From contig OZ242214.1 of assembly GCA_965206595.1 (NCBI GenBank), forward strand, positions 4,288,001 through 4,352,000: 64,000 nucleotides of DNA, in the 5' to 3' direction. The position numbers and the translations under genes are program-made. The stretch is from Candidatus Latescibacterota bacterium. GTDB taxonomy: Bacteria > Latescibacterota > UBA2968 > UBA8231. Positions 19,648-29,228 of this stretch are shown here, in pieces. The notes beneath the pieces are model-generated. The model did no database searches and was not told where the DNA came from. It saw only the letters and a list, made by a program, of their open reading frames with translations. Within the stretch, counting starts at the first letter, position 1. Each line of letters opens with the position of its first letter.

Positions 19648-21780
19648 TCAGAAGGTGCGGTGTCCGACTGCGCCGGCGAAGTAGCCGACGCAGAGCCAGA
19701 GGCCCATGGTGAGCATCTGGCCGGCGATCATCCCGAGGAACAGACCCCGGCTGCGGCGGTACCCGGCGGCGCCCCCGAACCTGAGGACGAGGACCTTGAC
19801 CGCCCAGGCGAGGAAGACGTTGGGGACCACCGGGTTCATCAGGCCCGTCGCCGCAACGGGAAAGCCGACCGGGTGCAGGGGCCACCAGGAGAGGCGCTGC
19901 CGGGCAAACATCAGCAGGGCCATGGCGCCGCCGCCGCCCAGGAGGAAGCCGATGCCGGGCCAGTAGATTCCCGCCGGCTCGAGGTTCCTCGCCGCGTTGT
20001 CGTAGGCTACCGCCGGTCCGGTCTTGAAGAACCACCCGTCGAGATTGACGCCCCCGTGGCGGTAGGCCATGTGGAAGGTCATCCAGAAGGATCCCAGGGC
20101 TCCGATCAGCAGGGCGAGGAGGAGGGCCCGGGAGACCAGCCGGCGGCCGGACGCATCCATCTCCTCGATCAGCTTCAGGGCGTTGGTGCAGGTCGCCATG
20201 GCGAAGGCGCGCACCTCCGAGCCCCAGATGTAGGCGAGGGAGAGGTTGAACACCCCGGTGGGGCCGACGAGGGTCGACCCCAGCCCCATGACGACGAAGT
20301 CCGGGGCGTTGACCGGGGCCCGCAGGGTCGCGAGCCCGGCCTCGGCAATGATCCGCGAAACACCGGTGAAGATCAGCAGGGCCGTGACGACGAAGACCAG
20401 CGAGACCCAGAACGGCGTCCCCATGATCGACAGCCACGCGGTCATGACCGCGGCTCCTCCGAGGGCTCCGGCCACGGCCCCTCGGTAGGGGAGGATCTCG
20501 TCGCTGTCGTCGACGTGGGGGGCCCGCCCCAGGGCTTTGAGCCAGACCTCCTTCAGGTGGTCGCGGCCGGCCCACAGTCCGGCCAGCACCAGCACCAGCA
20601 GGGCGCCGAGGCCCTGGTAACCCACCAGGGGAGAGTCGCTCACCCCGTGGAAGTGCACCTGGTCGGATTTGATTCCCCAGAGTCTGAGCGCAGCCTTCTC
20701 GGCCTTGGCCAGCAGGAAGAACACCCAGACCCCGGCCGATATCCTCGTGTCGATCAGGTAGGAGAACCCGACCAGAGCGTAGTTGACGTTGCCGCTCATG
20801 AACGGCAGGGGAACCGAGAAAGCCGGCAGGGTGATCGAGGGGAAGTAGTGGGACATGCCCTTGAAGCTGCCGGCGATGAAGGGGACGGCCATGCCGAACA
20901 GCACCAAGGGCTGCCGGAAGAAGCCGTTGACCAGGCTTCCGGCCTCCTCGCCGCGGATCATCGCCAGACCTGCCTGGGCGATGGGATAGGCCAGCCGTTC
21001 CCGCTCCATCCACTGGCGCCGCAGGATCACCGCTATCGAGATCGTGCAGACGTAGAGGGCCAGCAGGAACACCGCCCACCAGGCAAGCGGCTCCGCCCAG
21101 GCGCCGTAGGGGATCTCCTGCCCGGGTCCGGAGATGCCTTCGAAGAAAGCGGCGTTGCCGGCCCCGTCGTCGACGAGGAGGTTCCGCTCGGGAAAGAAGG
21201 GAAAGAGCTTCTCCCGCCACTGGTTCTCGGGGGAGGCGTAGTAGAAGATGGCGGTGAGGGTGGGCAGGAACTGCTCGATCAGGCCCATGGTGCAGACGGC
21301 CGAGACCATCGCCAGCATGGCGTAGACCATGATCAGCTCCCCCCGGTTGAGGGCCAGACTGCGGCCCGCAAGGGTCATGGGCAGGTTCACCAGGGCGCAG
21401 ACCAGCAGGAAGGTGGAGAAGATCAGCCCGGGGGAAAGGGGATCGAGGCGGGTCAGCGGCCAGTAGACGAGGAACCAGACGGCGACCGCGAACAGGGCGA
21501 AAACCAGGGCTGTGCCCCTGCCGCGGGCGGCGAGCTTGAAGAGGAGGTTGAGCAGCCCGATCAGCAGGAGAAAGAGGAAGATGGCGCCCGGGGTGCTGAT
21601 GTCGAGAGCGAGGTAGTCGCCCTTGAGAATCATATTGCCGTAGGGCGCCCCGATCGCCAGGAAGAAGCTCAGGAAGCTCCCGGCCCAGAATCCCCGCCAG
21701 GTGAGGTGATGCCCGGACTGGACCGGTTCGGACTGCGATCTCAGATGCTCGCGGTGGGGGGAGGCTATCTGCTTTCTCAT
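19648..21780 (-). CDS. DUF6785/DUF6784-type polytopic membrane protein (putative transporter)
   Basis: ILRRQWMERERLAYPI, WWPLHPVGF, RFGG...YRR; many transmembrane helices. Confidence 0.8.
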   Translation of the reverse strand: MRKQIASPHREHLRSQSEPVQSGHHLTWRGFWAGSFLSFFLAIGAPYGNMILKGDYLALDISTPGAIFLFLLLIGLLNLLFKLAARGRGTALVFALFAVAVWFLVYWPLTRLDPLSPGLIFSTFLLVCALVNLPMTLAGRSLALNRGELIMVYAMLAMVSAVCTMGLIEQFLPTLTAIFYYASPENQWREKLFPFFPERNLLVDDGAGNAAFFEGISGPGQEIPYGAWAEPLAWWAVFLLALYVCTISIAVILRRQWMERERLAYPIAQAGLAMIRGEEAGSLVNGFFRQPLVLFGMAVPFIAGSFKGMSHYFPSITLPAFSVPLPFMSGNVNYALVGFSYLIDTRISAGVWVFFLLAKAEKAALRLWGIKSDQVHFHGVSDSPLVGYQGLGALLVLVLAGLWAGRDHLKEVWLKALGRAPHVDDSDEILPYRGAVAGALGGAAVMTAWLSIMGTPFWVSLVFVVTALLIFTGVSRIIAEAGLATLRAPVNAPDFVVMGLGSTLVGPTGVFNLSLAYIWGSEVRAFAMATCTNALKLIEEMDASGRRLVSRALLLALLIGALGSFWMTFHMAYRHGGVNLDGWFFKTGPAVAYDNAARNLEPAGIYWPGIGFLLGGGGAMALLMFARQRLSWWPLHPVGFPVAATGLMNPVVPNVFLAWAVKVLVLRFGGAAGYRRSRGLFLGMIAGQMLTMGLWLCVGYFAGAVGHRTF

Positions 21781-21877
21781 GGGATGGGTTATTTCAGGGG
21801 CACGATTGCGGAAGGGACCGACCATTTGGTGGGAAAGCGGAAACTGTCAGGCCGGCGCCCGAGGCAGCGGACCGCCA

Positions 21878-22505
21878 TTATCGATCGATTTCGAGGGCTG
21901 CCTTGATGCGGCCCCAGGTGCGGTCCCGGACGACGCTGTCGGCGTACGGCGGATAGAGCATCCAGTCCCCGAGGGAATCGGAAATAAAGGGAAGAATCAT
22001 GATGGGCCCTTCCGGCACCATGGCCGCAGCCCAAAACCTCTGGGATTTGTTTCGGAAACGCCCTTCGTCGCTGAAGATACTTTCCCTTTCCGGGCTGTGA
22101 TCTCCATCAACCTCCAATTGTATCAAGTCCCGAAAAAACTGACCGAACGGCCTGCGGTCTCCAGGTCACGTCGTCGGCGAAGGCCCCGGCGAAGTAGATG
22201 CGGTCCAGCTCCCCGTGCCAGCCAAGCCACATGGCGAAATCGAGGTCTGAGGAATCGTACGAAAAGTCGTCCATTTCGAAATCGATCGTCTTCAGGGTCG
22301 GCTCACCCAGCAAGTCGGGCCATTCATCGGTGGTGCCGTCTCGCAGATCGATCTGGGCAAGCATGTCGTCGGTGATCTCCGGCATCGGAACCACCCTGTC
22401 CCCTTCATGGGCGGTCGCCCGGTGGGATGGAAGGGCGACGCATGTGATGGCCGCGGTGAGGAGGAGGAACGGCCTCCTTCCGCCGGATTGATGAGAGACT
22501 TCCAT
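21878..22505 (-). pseudogene. Secreted protein paralogue A (DOMON/CBM9-like fold inferred), frameshifted and internally deleted
   Basis: Signal peptide ...ATAHEG, IDLRDGTTDEW, DLDFAMWLGW, frameshift near 22130; PPYADS joins directly to VVRDRTWGRIKAALEIDR. Confidence 0.7.
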
Positions 22506-22654
22506 TTGTAAATCCTTTCGTCCCGAACAATACGAAAAAAGCCCGCGACCAAGTTCTTCTTCAGGCGGTGAAGGTAGCTTGCCTGACAGGGACTCGGGCC
22601 ACGGGCTCTGGGGTCGGCGCCAGCGGTACAGGCCGCGCCGGAAAGCAGGGGGCC

Positions 22655-23312
22655 TTATCGATCGAGCTCGAGGGCTGCCTTGATGCGGTCCCAAGTGCGA
22701 TCGCGGACGACGCTGTCGGCCTGGTCGCGACTCAGCAGCACGTCAACGCCCTGCAGTTGGTAGCGCGCCTGGATCCTGCGGTCCGGACTGTCTCTATCGA
22801 ATACGGTCAAATAAAGTCCAATTACCTTTCCTGCTGTGAGGTCGGATACCACGTTTTCCTCCGGTTCCAGGGCCACCAGCAAATCGAAAGGGGTTACATG
22901 GAATTCGATGACCCATATCGTCGGCTGTTCTCCAATCACACTACCACCTGATTCACAATACGGCGGATGGACCATCCAGTCCCCAGGGGCTTCCAGCGGA
23001 GCGTGAGTAACCCATGGCATAATCACATTGGGACCCTCCGATATCCACGGGGTCGCCTCATAGAGTTGATTCTCCAATCGGTAACGCCCTTCCTCCACGA
23101 TACTTGCATCTGTCGTTCGCCCGAGGTGATCCCCGTCGACCCAAAATGTTATCTTGTCCTGGTACTGGTTTGTTGCGAAAGGAGGATGACCAGTCCCCCA
23201 GTACGCGTTATCGACGAAGGCCCCGGCGAAGTAGATGCGTCCAGCTCCTGGTGCCAGCCCAGCCATACTGCGAAATCCAGATCTGAGGGATCGTAGTCAG
23301 TAGAGATCTCAT
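22655..23312 (-). pseudogene. Secreted protein paralogue B, 3' part
   Basis: EISTDYDPSDLDFAVWLGW...VDGDH...GDWMVHPPY...IEFHVTPFD...TWDRIKAALELDR; 1-nt deletion near 23240. Confidence 0.75.
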
Positions 23313-25172
23313 CCCTTGTTATTCATGGAATTTTAGTGGAGAGGGCTGTACTGGGTGCCTCCCATGCTTAGATTTCAGAGGGAAACACAAGGCAGTATCG
23401 CCCTTTGAACCCATCACACAGTAGGACACCCAATGGGTGAATTACCGTCACACACCGAGTCCGAGCAAGCCGGGCCGATTCAGCCGTCTTTCAACCGCTC
23501 CATCCACATCGAAGCCCGCCCCACCCACCTTGGCAGCGACACCGGTGCGCTGATGTTGCGTCAACTGCTCGAACACAGCCGGGTTCTGGATTGGGTCGAC
23601 GCCCACTTCGAGGATCTCCGTACCCAAGACCAGATCACGCACCCGCTGCCGGAGCTGCTGCGCACACAGATCGTGCTGCTGGCACAGGGCTGGACCCACG
23701 CCGCCGACGCCGACGCGTTGCGCCAAGATCCGATCCTGCGTCTGGCGGTCAGCGATCGCAAAGGGCAGGCGCCGTTGCGCAGCGGCGACGAAGACCGGCC
23801 GCAGGGACTGGCCAGTCAGCCGACGCTGTCGCGCCTGCTCGAGCAAGCCTCGACTGCCTATAACCGCGAGGTGTTGGAGGAAGCCGTCCTGCGCAGCGCC
23901 CGGTCTCGTTGCCGGCTGCTGGAAGGACGGATGAAATACGAGGAGTTGGCCGTCGACATGGATGCCCTGCCGATGCCGGCGCACGGGCACCAGGCGGGGG
24001 TCGAATACAACGGCTACTTCCACGCCTCGGGGTACCATCCCCTGCTCCTCGGCTCGGCGCAGACGGGCGATTTCTTCGGTGCCGTGCTGCGGCCGGGCAA
24101 CGTGCACGCCCATGAGGGCGCCTCAGAGGCTCTCGGCAAGCGCTTGGACTGGATTCAGTCGCATCTGGCCCGGCGCCTCATCCTGCGCTTCGACGCGGCC
24201 TCGGTGAGCGGGTCTTTCCTGAGTGAGCTGGAAGCGCGGGCCGACACCTCGTACGTGGCGCGCATCAAGAAGAATGCGCGCCTGGAGGAGCTGGCTCGTG
24301 CCTGGGTGGAAGGCTATCAGCAGGAGCTGGCGCAGCACCCGGAAGAGCTGCGGGAAGAGGGTTTTCGCTGTCGCGAGCTGCGCTATCAAGCCAGGTCCTG
24401 GGCGCAGCCCCGGCGGGTGGTGTTGGTCCTGGTCCCTTCCGAGACGGAAGAGCTGCCCATCGCCCGCCACTTCTTCCTGATCACCGACCAGAGTCCCCAG
24501 ACGATGAGCGGCCGCGACCTGGTCGCCTTTTATCGTCAGCGCGGCCTTTTCGAGCGCATGCTCGGCGAGTTGAGCTCCACCCTCCAGCCTCAGCTCTCCT
24601 CTACCACCCGTCGCAAGCAACACTACCGGGGTCGAGAGCCGCGTCAGCGCACCCCGTCCCGGGATGCCTTCGCTGCCAACCAGGCGCTTCTGACCTTGAA
24701 CCTGCTGGCCTACAACCTGCTTCACCTGGGCCGCCAGGCCGCCGAACGCGCCGAGGCCCGACGCGGGCGGCCCCGCACATACGGACGCTCGACGACGGCC
24801 CTGAGCCTGGACAGTTTTCGACGGCGCTACCTGCGCCTGCCGTCCCGCGTCACCTTGCATGGGCGCAGGGTGGGCGTCATCCTGACCCAAGGGACGGCGG
24901 CTGCCTGGGATCGTCTGTGGAGATTTCTGGCCACGCTCAAACCGGTGGACGCGGCGATGGCGTAAGCGCAGGCCGGGTCGGTCGGGATGATGGGCTCGCA
25001 AAGGCAAGCGTCTTCGAGAAGGCGTGTACAATTTCAACAAGGTCGGTAGAGATAAGGAGACGGCTCTACCCAAAAAGCCGACTATAGAAGGGACGCAAGC
25101 CTCTGAGGCTAAGCAAAGGGGTCTCGGAAGCGCCTATGTCCGCTTATGCGCGGGTTGAATGAATAACAAAGG
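23313..25172 (+). mobile_element. IS1380-family element, copy 1 (1860 bp)
   Basis: 14-bp terminal repeats cccttgttattcat / atgaataacaaagg; 5-bp target duplication CTCAT (23308-23312 and 25173-25177). Confidence 0.92.
23433..24965 (+). CDS. IS1380-family DDE transposase
   Basis: SDTGALML, DADALRQDP, LASQPTLSRL, VDMD..HGHQ.GVEYNGY, LRPGN, YRQRG.FE. Confidence 0.92.
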   Translation: MGELPSHTESEQAGPIQPSFNRSIHIEARPTHLGSDTGALMLRQLLEHSRVLDWVDAHFEDLRTQDQITHPLPELLRTQIVLLAQGWTHAADADALRQDPILRLAVSDRKGQAPLRSGDEDRPQGLASQPTLSRLLEQASTAYNREVLEEAVLRSARSRCRLLEGRMKYEELAVDMDALPMPAHGHQAGVEYNGYFHASGYHPLLLGSAQTGDFFGAVLRPGNVHAHEGASEALGKRLDWIQSHLARRLILRFDAASVSGSFLSELEARADTSYVARIKKNARLEELARAWVEGYQQELAQHPEELREEGFRCRELRYQARSWAQPRRVVLVLVPSETEELPIARHFFLITDQSPQTMSGRDLVAFYRQRGLFERMLGELSSTLQPQLSSTTRRKQHYRGREPRQRTPSRDAFAANQALLTLNLLAYNLLHLGRQAAERAEARRGRPRTYGRSTTALSLDSFRRRYLRLPSRVTLHGRRVGVILTQGTAAAWDRLWRFLATLKPVDAAMA

Positions 25173-25183
25173 CTCATAACCTA

Positions 25184-26350
25184 GTGTCCTGTCGTGTAAT
25201 TGACTGTACAAACAATTGAAAGTGCCGTAGGTTTCTCTTATCCCCCTTCTGAAAGGAGAGACCTATGGTTACGGGGCGTCCATTACCGCCGTTAGAGCTG
25301 AGTCCGTCGGACCGGGAACGATTGGAATCGATGGCCAAATCCCGGAGCCTTTCCCACGGGTTGGTGCGGCGAGCCGAGATTAGTCTGCTGGCCGCAGAAG
25401 GCTGGCCCAATGAAGCCGTCGCCGCCGCCGTGGGTGTGACGCGTGCTACGGTCGGCAAGTGGCGCCGGCGCTTTCTCGAAAACGGGCTCCCGGGCTTGCA
25501 TGATGAGCTGCGCTCAGGGGCGCCACGATCGAGTACGGATGAACAGGTAGCCGAGGTGGTATACAAGACCCTGAAGACCAAGCCCAAAGACGAAACACAG
25601 TGGTCGGTGCGCTCCATGGGCGAAGAAACCGGCTTGACCAAGGACGCGGTTCATCGCATTTGGCGCACGTATGGTTTGCAGCCCCATCGACACAAGCACT
25701 TCAAGCTTTCCACCGATCCTTTCTTTGTCGACAAAGTACGGGATATCGTCGGCTTGTACCTGAATCCCCCCGAGCACGCCCTGGTGCTGTGCGTGGACGA
25801 GAAGAGCCCGATCCAGGCGTTGGAACGAAGTCAGCCCATGCTGCCCCTGGGACTGGGATACGTGGAAGGGATTACGCACGATTACAAGCGCCATGGCACC
25901 ACCACCCTGTTTGCCGCCTTGGACGTAGCCACCGGGGAAGTGATGACCCAGTGCAAGCCCCGTCATCGTCACCAGGAGTTCCTTCAGTTCCTGCGCCACA
26001 TCGAGGCCCACGTCCCCGCTGACCTCGATATTCATCTCGTCGTCGACAACTACGCCACGCATAAGCAGGCCAAGGTCAAGCGATGGCTGGCACGGCGTCC
26101 CCGATTTCACGTTCACTACACCCCCACCTATGCTTCGTGGCTCAATCAGGTGGAGATCTGGTTCAATATCCTTACCCGCCAGGCGGTTCGGCGCGATTCG
26201 TTCCGTAAGGTATCCGAGCTCATCGAGCGCATCGAACGCTACACGGCCAAATGGAACGCCAACGCACACCCTTTCGTGTGGACGGCTACGGCCGATTCCA
26301 TCCTCGCGAAAATCAAGAGACTTTGCGAACGAATCTCTGCGACACAACAC
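25184..26350 (+). mobile_element. IS630-family element, intact copy
   Basis: CTAG at both ends with TA duplication (ctagtgtcctgtcg ... gcgacacaacactag). Confidence 0.92.
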
Positions 26351-26353
26351 TAG
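25265..26353 (+). CDS. IS630-family transposase
   Basis: HTH region, [49 protein letters not shown]. Confidence 0.95.
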   Translation: MVTGRPLPPLELSPSDRERLESMAKSRSLSHGLVRRAEISLLAAEGWPNEAVAAAVGVTRATVGKWRRRFLENGLPGLHDELRSGAPRSSTDEQVAEVVYKTLKTKPKDETQWSVRSMGEETGLTKDAVHRIWRTYGLQPHRHKHFKLSTDPFFVDKVRDIVGLYLNPPEHALVLCVDEKSPIQALERSQPMLPLGLGYVEGITHDYKRHGTTTLFAALDVATGEVMTQCKPRHRHQEFLQFLRHIEAHVPADLDIHLVVDNYATHKQAKVKRWLARRPRFHVHYTPTYASWLNQVEIWFNILTRQAVRRDSFRKVSELIERIERYTAKWNANAHPFVWTATADSILAKIKRLCERISATQH

Positions 26354-26593
26354 GTCACTCATTCCGAAATCGATCGTCTTCGGTGTCGGCTCGCCCAGCA
26401 AGTCGGGCCATTCATCGGTGGTGCCGTCTCGCAGATCGATCTGGGCAAGAATGTCGTCGGTGATCTCCAGGATCGGAACCACCCGGTCCCCTTCATGGGC
26501 GGTCGCCCGGTGGGATGGAAGGACGACGCATGTGATGGCCGCGGTGAGGAGGAGGAACGGCCTCCTTCCGCCGGATTGATGAGAGACTTCCAT
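26351..26593 (-). pseudogene. Secreted protein paralogue B, 5' part
   Basis: MEVSHQSGG...HEGDRVVPILEITDD...[10 protein letters not shown] is nearly identical to the paralogue A N-terminus and rejoins the 3' part in frame once both ISs are removed. Confidence 0.85.
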
Positions 26594-26706
26594 TTGTAAA
26601 TCCTTTCGTCCCGAACAACGAAAAAGCCCGCGACCAAGTTCTTCTTCAGGCGGTGAAGGTAGCTTGCCTGACAGGGACTCGGGCCACGGGCTCTGGGGCC
26701 GGCGCC

Positions 26707-26910
26707 AGATGAATATCGAGGTCAGCGGGGACGTGGGCCTCGATGTGGCGCAGGAACGGGAGGAACTCCTGGTGACGATGACGGGGCTTGCACTGGGTTA
26801 TCACTTCCCCGGTGGCTACGTCCAAGGCGGCAAACAGGGTGGTGGTGCCATGGCGCTTGTAATCGTGCGGTACCCCTTCCACGTATCCCAGTCCCAGGGG
26901 CAGCATGGGC
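26707..26910 (-). mobile_element. Internal fragment of the IS630 transposase
   Basis: [22 protein letters not shown]...DLDIHL, nearly identical to the other copies; no IS ends. Confidence 0.85.
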
Positions 26911-27597
26911 TGCGTCTGCGCATTGTCGATGCCGACCCTCTTTCCTTCGCGCTCAAAACGCCGTGGTCGGATGGGACCCGCCATCTCCTGCTGTCTCCGA
27001 TGGAACTGCTGGAGAAGCTGGCGGCTCTGGTTCCCCCGCCCCGGTTTCATCTCCTACGCTACCACGGGGTCCTGGCGCCCCGGGCCCGGGCCCGCGAGCG
27101 CATCGTGCCGGCCCAACCGGGTGCCGAGCCGGCGGCGGCGGACGGCGATGCGAGCGCTGCGTCCTGCGGCCATCGACTGCGCTGGGCGACCCTGCTGGCG
27201 CGGGTGTTTTCCTCCGACCTCAGCGAATGCGCGGCCTGTGGGGGGCGCCTGAGAATCATCGCCGCCCTGACCGATCCGGCCTCGATCCGGACCTATCCGG
27301 AGGGGGTAGGGCTGCCGGCGATGCCCCCGCCGAGGGCCCCGCCTGAGCCGCTGTTCGAGTTCGCCGCCTGACCTCCTCCGCGATTCGCTCCCGGCGCCGT
27401 GAGCCGTACGGAGGAGTACGCCCTCAAATACCAGATTGACCCCTGAAACGCGCCGAAATCCTTTACAACGGTGCTTGGAGCAGGCCCGAACGGTTCGGTG
27501 CGACGACAAGCGATTCATCAAGAACCCTGTCCAACCCTTGACAACAGTTTCAGCGAATTGATAGTACCGATATCGGTGCCCTTATTTTTCCTATACA
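26911..27597 (+). mobile_element. IS91/ISCR-family 3' fragment (Y2 transposase C-terminus to 27371, plus oriIS-like end)
   Basis: KTPWSDGT...LEKLAALVPPPRFHLLRYHGVLAP...WATLLARVF..D..C..CGGRLRIIA; ends in ...tttttcctatac, resembling ISCR oriIS, preceded by the palindrome accgatatcggt. Confidence 0.8.
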
Positions 27598-27598
27598 T

Positions 27599-27715
27599 AT
27601 CGATTCGCTGACGGTGGAGGCCGTGAAGCGGTCAGCGCAGAAGTATTTCAACATGGACCGCTATGTGCGGGTAGTGCTCTATCCGAAGGAGGCGGGTGAG
27701 TCGGGAGAAGAGTAG
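27599..27715 (+). pseudogene. Orphan 3' end of an M16 (PqqL-like) zinc peptidase gene
   Basis: IDSLTVEAVKRSAQKYFNMDRYVRVVLYPKE...* resembles M16 C-termini and starts right after the oriIS-like end. Confidence 0.55.
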
Positions 27716-27829
27716 CGCTACGTGGCACCGTATATTTTTCTCGCCACTACGTCGTCGTCGGCCCGGGCTGTTTTGGTTGGGTCGGCGGCGACTTTAGCAT
27801 CTCTATAATGTAGAATTTAAATATTGGAG

Positions 27830-28822
27830 TTAGCCTGCATTGAGCAGAAGAGGTCGAGACTCCAAACTGCGAAGAGACTCAATTCGCCTATCCACATTTA
27901 GGATTGATCGCCCCATTATTTGGTAGCGATCTATTCCTATACGAGTCAAGAATGATGTAGGAATACTCAATAGACCGCCATCAAGCAATGCTACAAGTGC
28001 GCCAGCTCCAATGGCAGCTCCGGATTTTACAGCTCTTGCTAATCCATCCTTCATCGCTATATCAAAAGTTTTTCGCCCCATCAGGACCTTGCGTCCTTCT
28101 CCTACTGCAATTAAGGCAAAAGGCAAACCGGGTAAAACAGTTTCAAGCAATTCTTCAACTGGTCCGTCAAGGAGATCTTCCATAGGAGCACGGATAGTTT
28201 CTTCCAGTGCTTCATCCGAAAAACCACTAGAGAATATATTTTGTGCCGCATCTCCCCCAGCATTAAGCACTTCATCCGTTGTTAACACATCAATATCTGG
28301 ATAACGTTCTAATGCTTCTTTGACATAAGAGAGTGACTCTGTGGCTTTTAATTGGAGTTCTTGGGCAATCGAGCCATCACTGTTCATTATCTGCAGATCC
28401 CATCCCGGCTGTGTTGCGCTTTCCGCTAGCAAAGCGGTCTGTCCTAGTTCCAAGTGAATATCACCTACCCATTCACCTGCGTTTAGTTCATCTCTAACGA
28501 GAACTTCAAAATACTTCCCTTTCCAAGCCGAGAGGAATCCTTCGATTTCATCAGCGGAGCGACCTGCTAAAGATGAAAGATCGACATTCGGATAAGCTAG
28601 GCTGAATGCCGAAGCCATCTGTGGAGTAACTTGAGACATATCAATCTGATCAGTAAGGAATAGCGCACTCACGGCCGTAGCTGCTGCGGCTGCGTCAATA
28701 AGTGCCTGTTCGCGCTTTTTGACATAGTTCTGATACAGTTCCGCTATAGCATCTCTAACTGATTGATCTGATACGCGATTATTTCGATACTGGTTGGCAA
28801 GAGAACTTAATTTATCATCCAT
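27830..28822 (-). CDS. AT-rich hypothetical protein with a PD-(D/E)XK-like motif and hydrophobic C-terminal helices
   Basis: KGKYFEVLV...QPGWDLQI...ELQLKAT; Gly/Ala-rich tail GAAIGAGALVALLDGG. Confidence 0.7.
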   Translation of the reverse strand: MDDKLSSLANQYRNNRVSDQSVRDAIAELYQNYVKKREQALIDAAAAATAVSALFLTDQIDMSQVTPQMASAFSLAYPNVDLSSLAGRSADEIEGFLSAWKGKYFEVLVRDELNAGEWVGDIHLELGQTALLAESATQPGWDLQIMNSDGSIAQELQLKATESLSYVKEALERYPDIDVLTTDEVLNAGGDAAQNIFSSGFSDEALEETIRAPMEDLLDGPVEELLETVLPGLPFALIAVGEGRKVLMGRKTFDIAMKDGLARAVKSGAAIGAGALVALLDGGLLSIPTSFLTRIGIDRYQIMGRSILNVDRRIESLRSLESRPLLLNAG

Positions 28823-29100
28823 AGAACTACCCCCACGCCGATAGCGAAAACATATGAGAGAACACAGAGGGTTCGTAACTGTTGAACCTGCCCATGCAGC
28901 TTTTTTACCTGAGATTTGAGCCGAACTTGCTCATGCAAATTTTCTTCCTGAGCATTGAATTGCTGATCGTGCTTTTCAAGTAAGGTATTCTGTTTCTCTA
29001 ATTCTTTGTGTAAGCCGAGTAGAACTTCCCCATATACTTCACTATACTCCCCTATTTTCTCTTCTACCGCTTTACCACTGATCTTATCCAATAATTTCAT
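28807..29100 (-). CDS. Small coiled-coil protein with a C-terminal transmembrane anchor
   Basis: AGGAG RBS before ATG 29100; heptad-like body followed by LCVLSYVFAIGVGVVLW; overlaps the downstream gene. Confidence 0.7.
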   Translation of the reverse strand: MKLLDKISGKAVEEKIGEYSEVYGEVLLGLHKELEKQNTLLEKHDQQFNAQEENLHEQVRLKSQVKKLHGQVQQLRTLCVLSYVFAIGVGVVLWMIN

Positions 29101-29164
29101 AGAGCTATCTCCTATTTTGGCACTGGAGTTGCACATTCAATGAGATGGCGAAGAAACCCTCAAC

Positions 29165-29228
29165 AGAGGTCCTTTCCTCTCGTTGAGATAGTTTCAAATC
29201 CTTTTCAAAGTGCCTAAAAACGCCGCAT
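29165..29228 (-). pseudogene. YafQ/RelE-type toxin 5' remnant
   Basis: ATG overlaps the antitoxin stop; broken frames give HFEKDLKLSQR-GKDL, typical of a YafQ N-terminus. Confidence 0.5.

Noticed and set aside
21878-23300. Diversity-generating retroelement as the cause of paralogue variation
   Set aside because: Differences include synonymous and non-adenine changes and indels; no template repeat or RT is present in the window.
27716-27835. Possible integron attC or dif-like site after the AT-rich genes (GGCTAAC at the stop, hairpin, ataatgtaga)
   Set aside because: No complementary GTTRRRY end and no XerD-type arm; the hairpin is better explained as a terminator between convergent genes.
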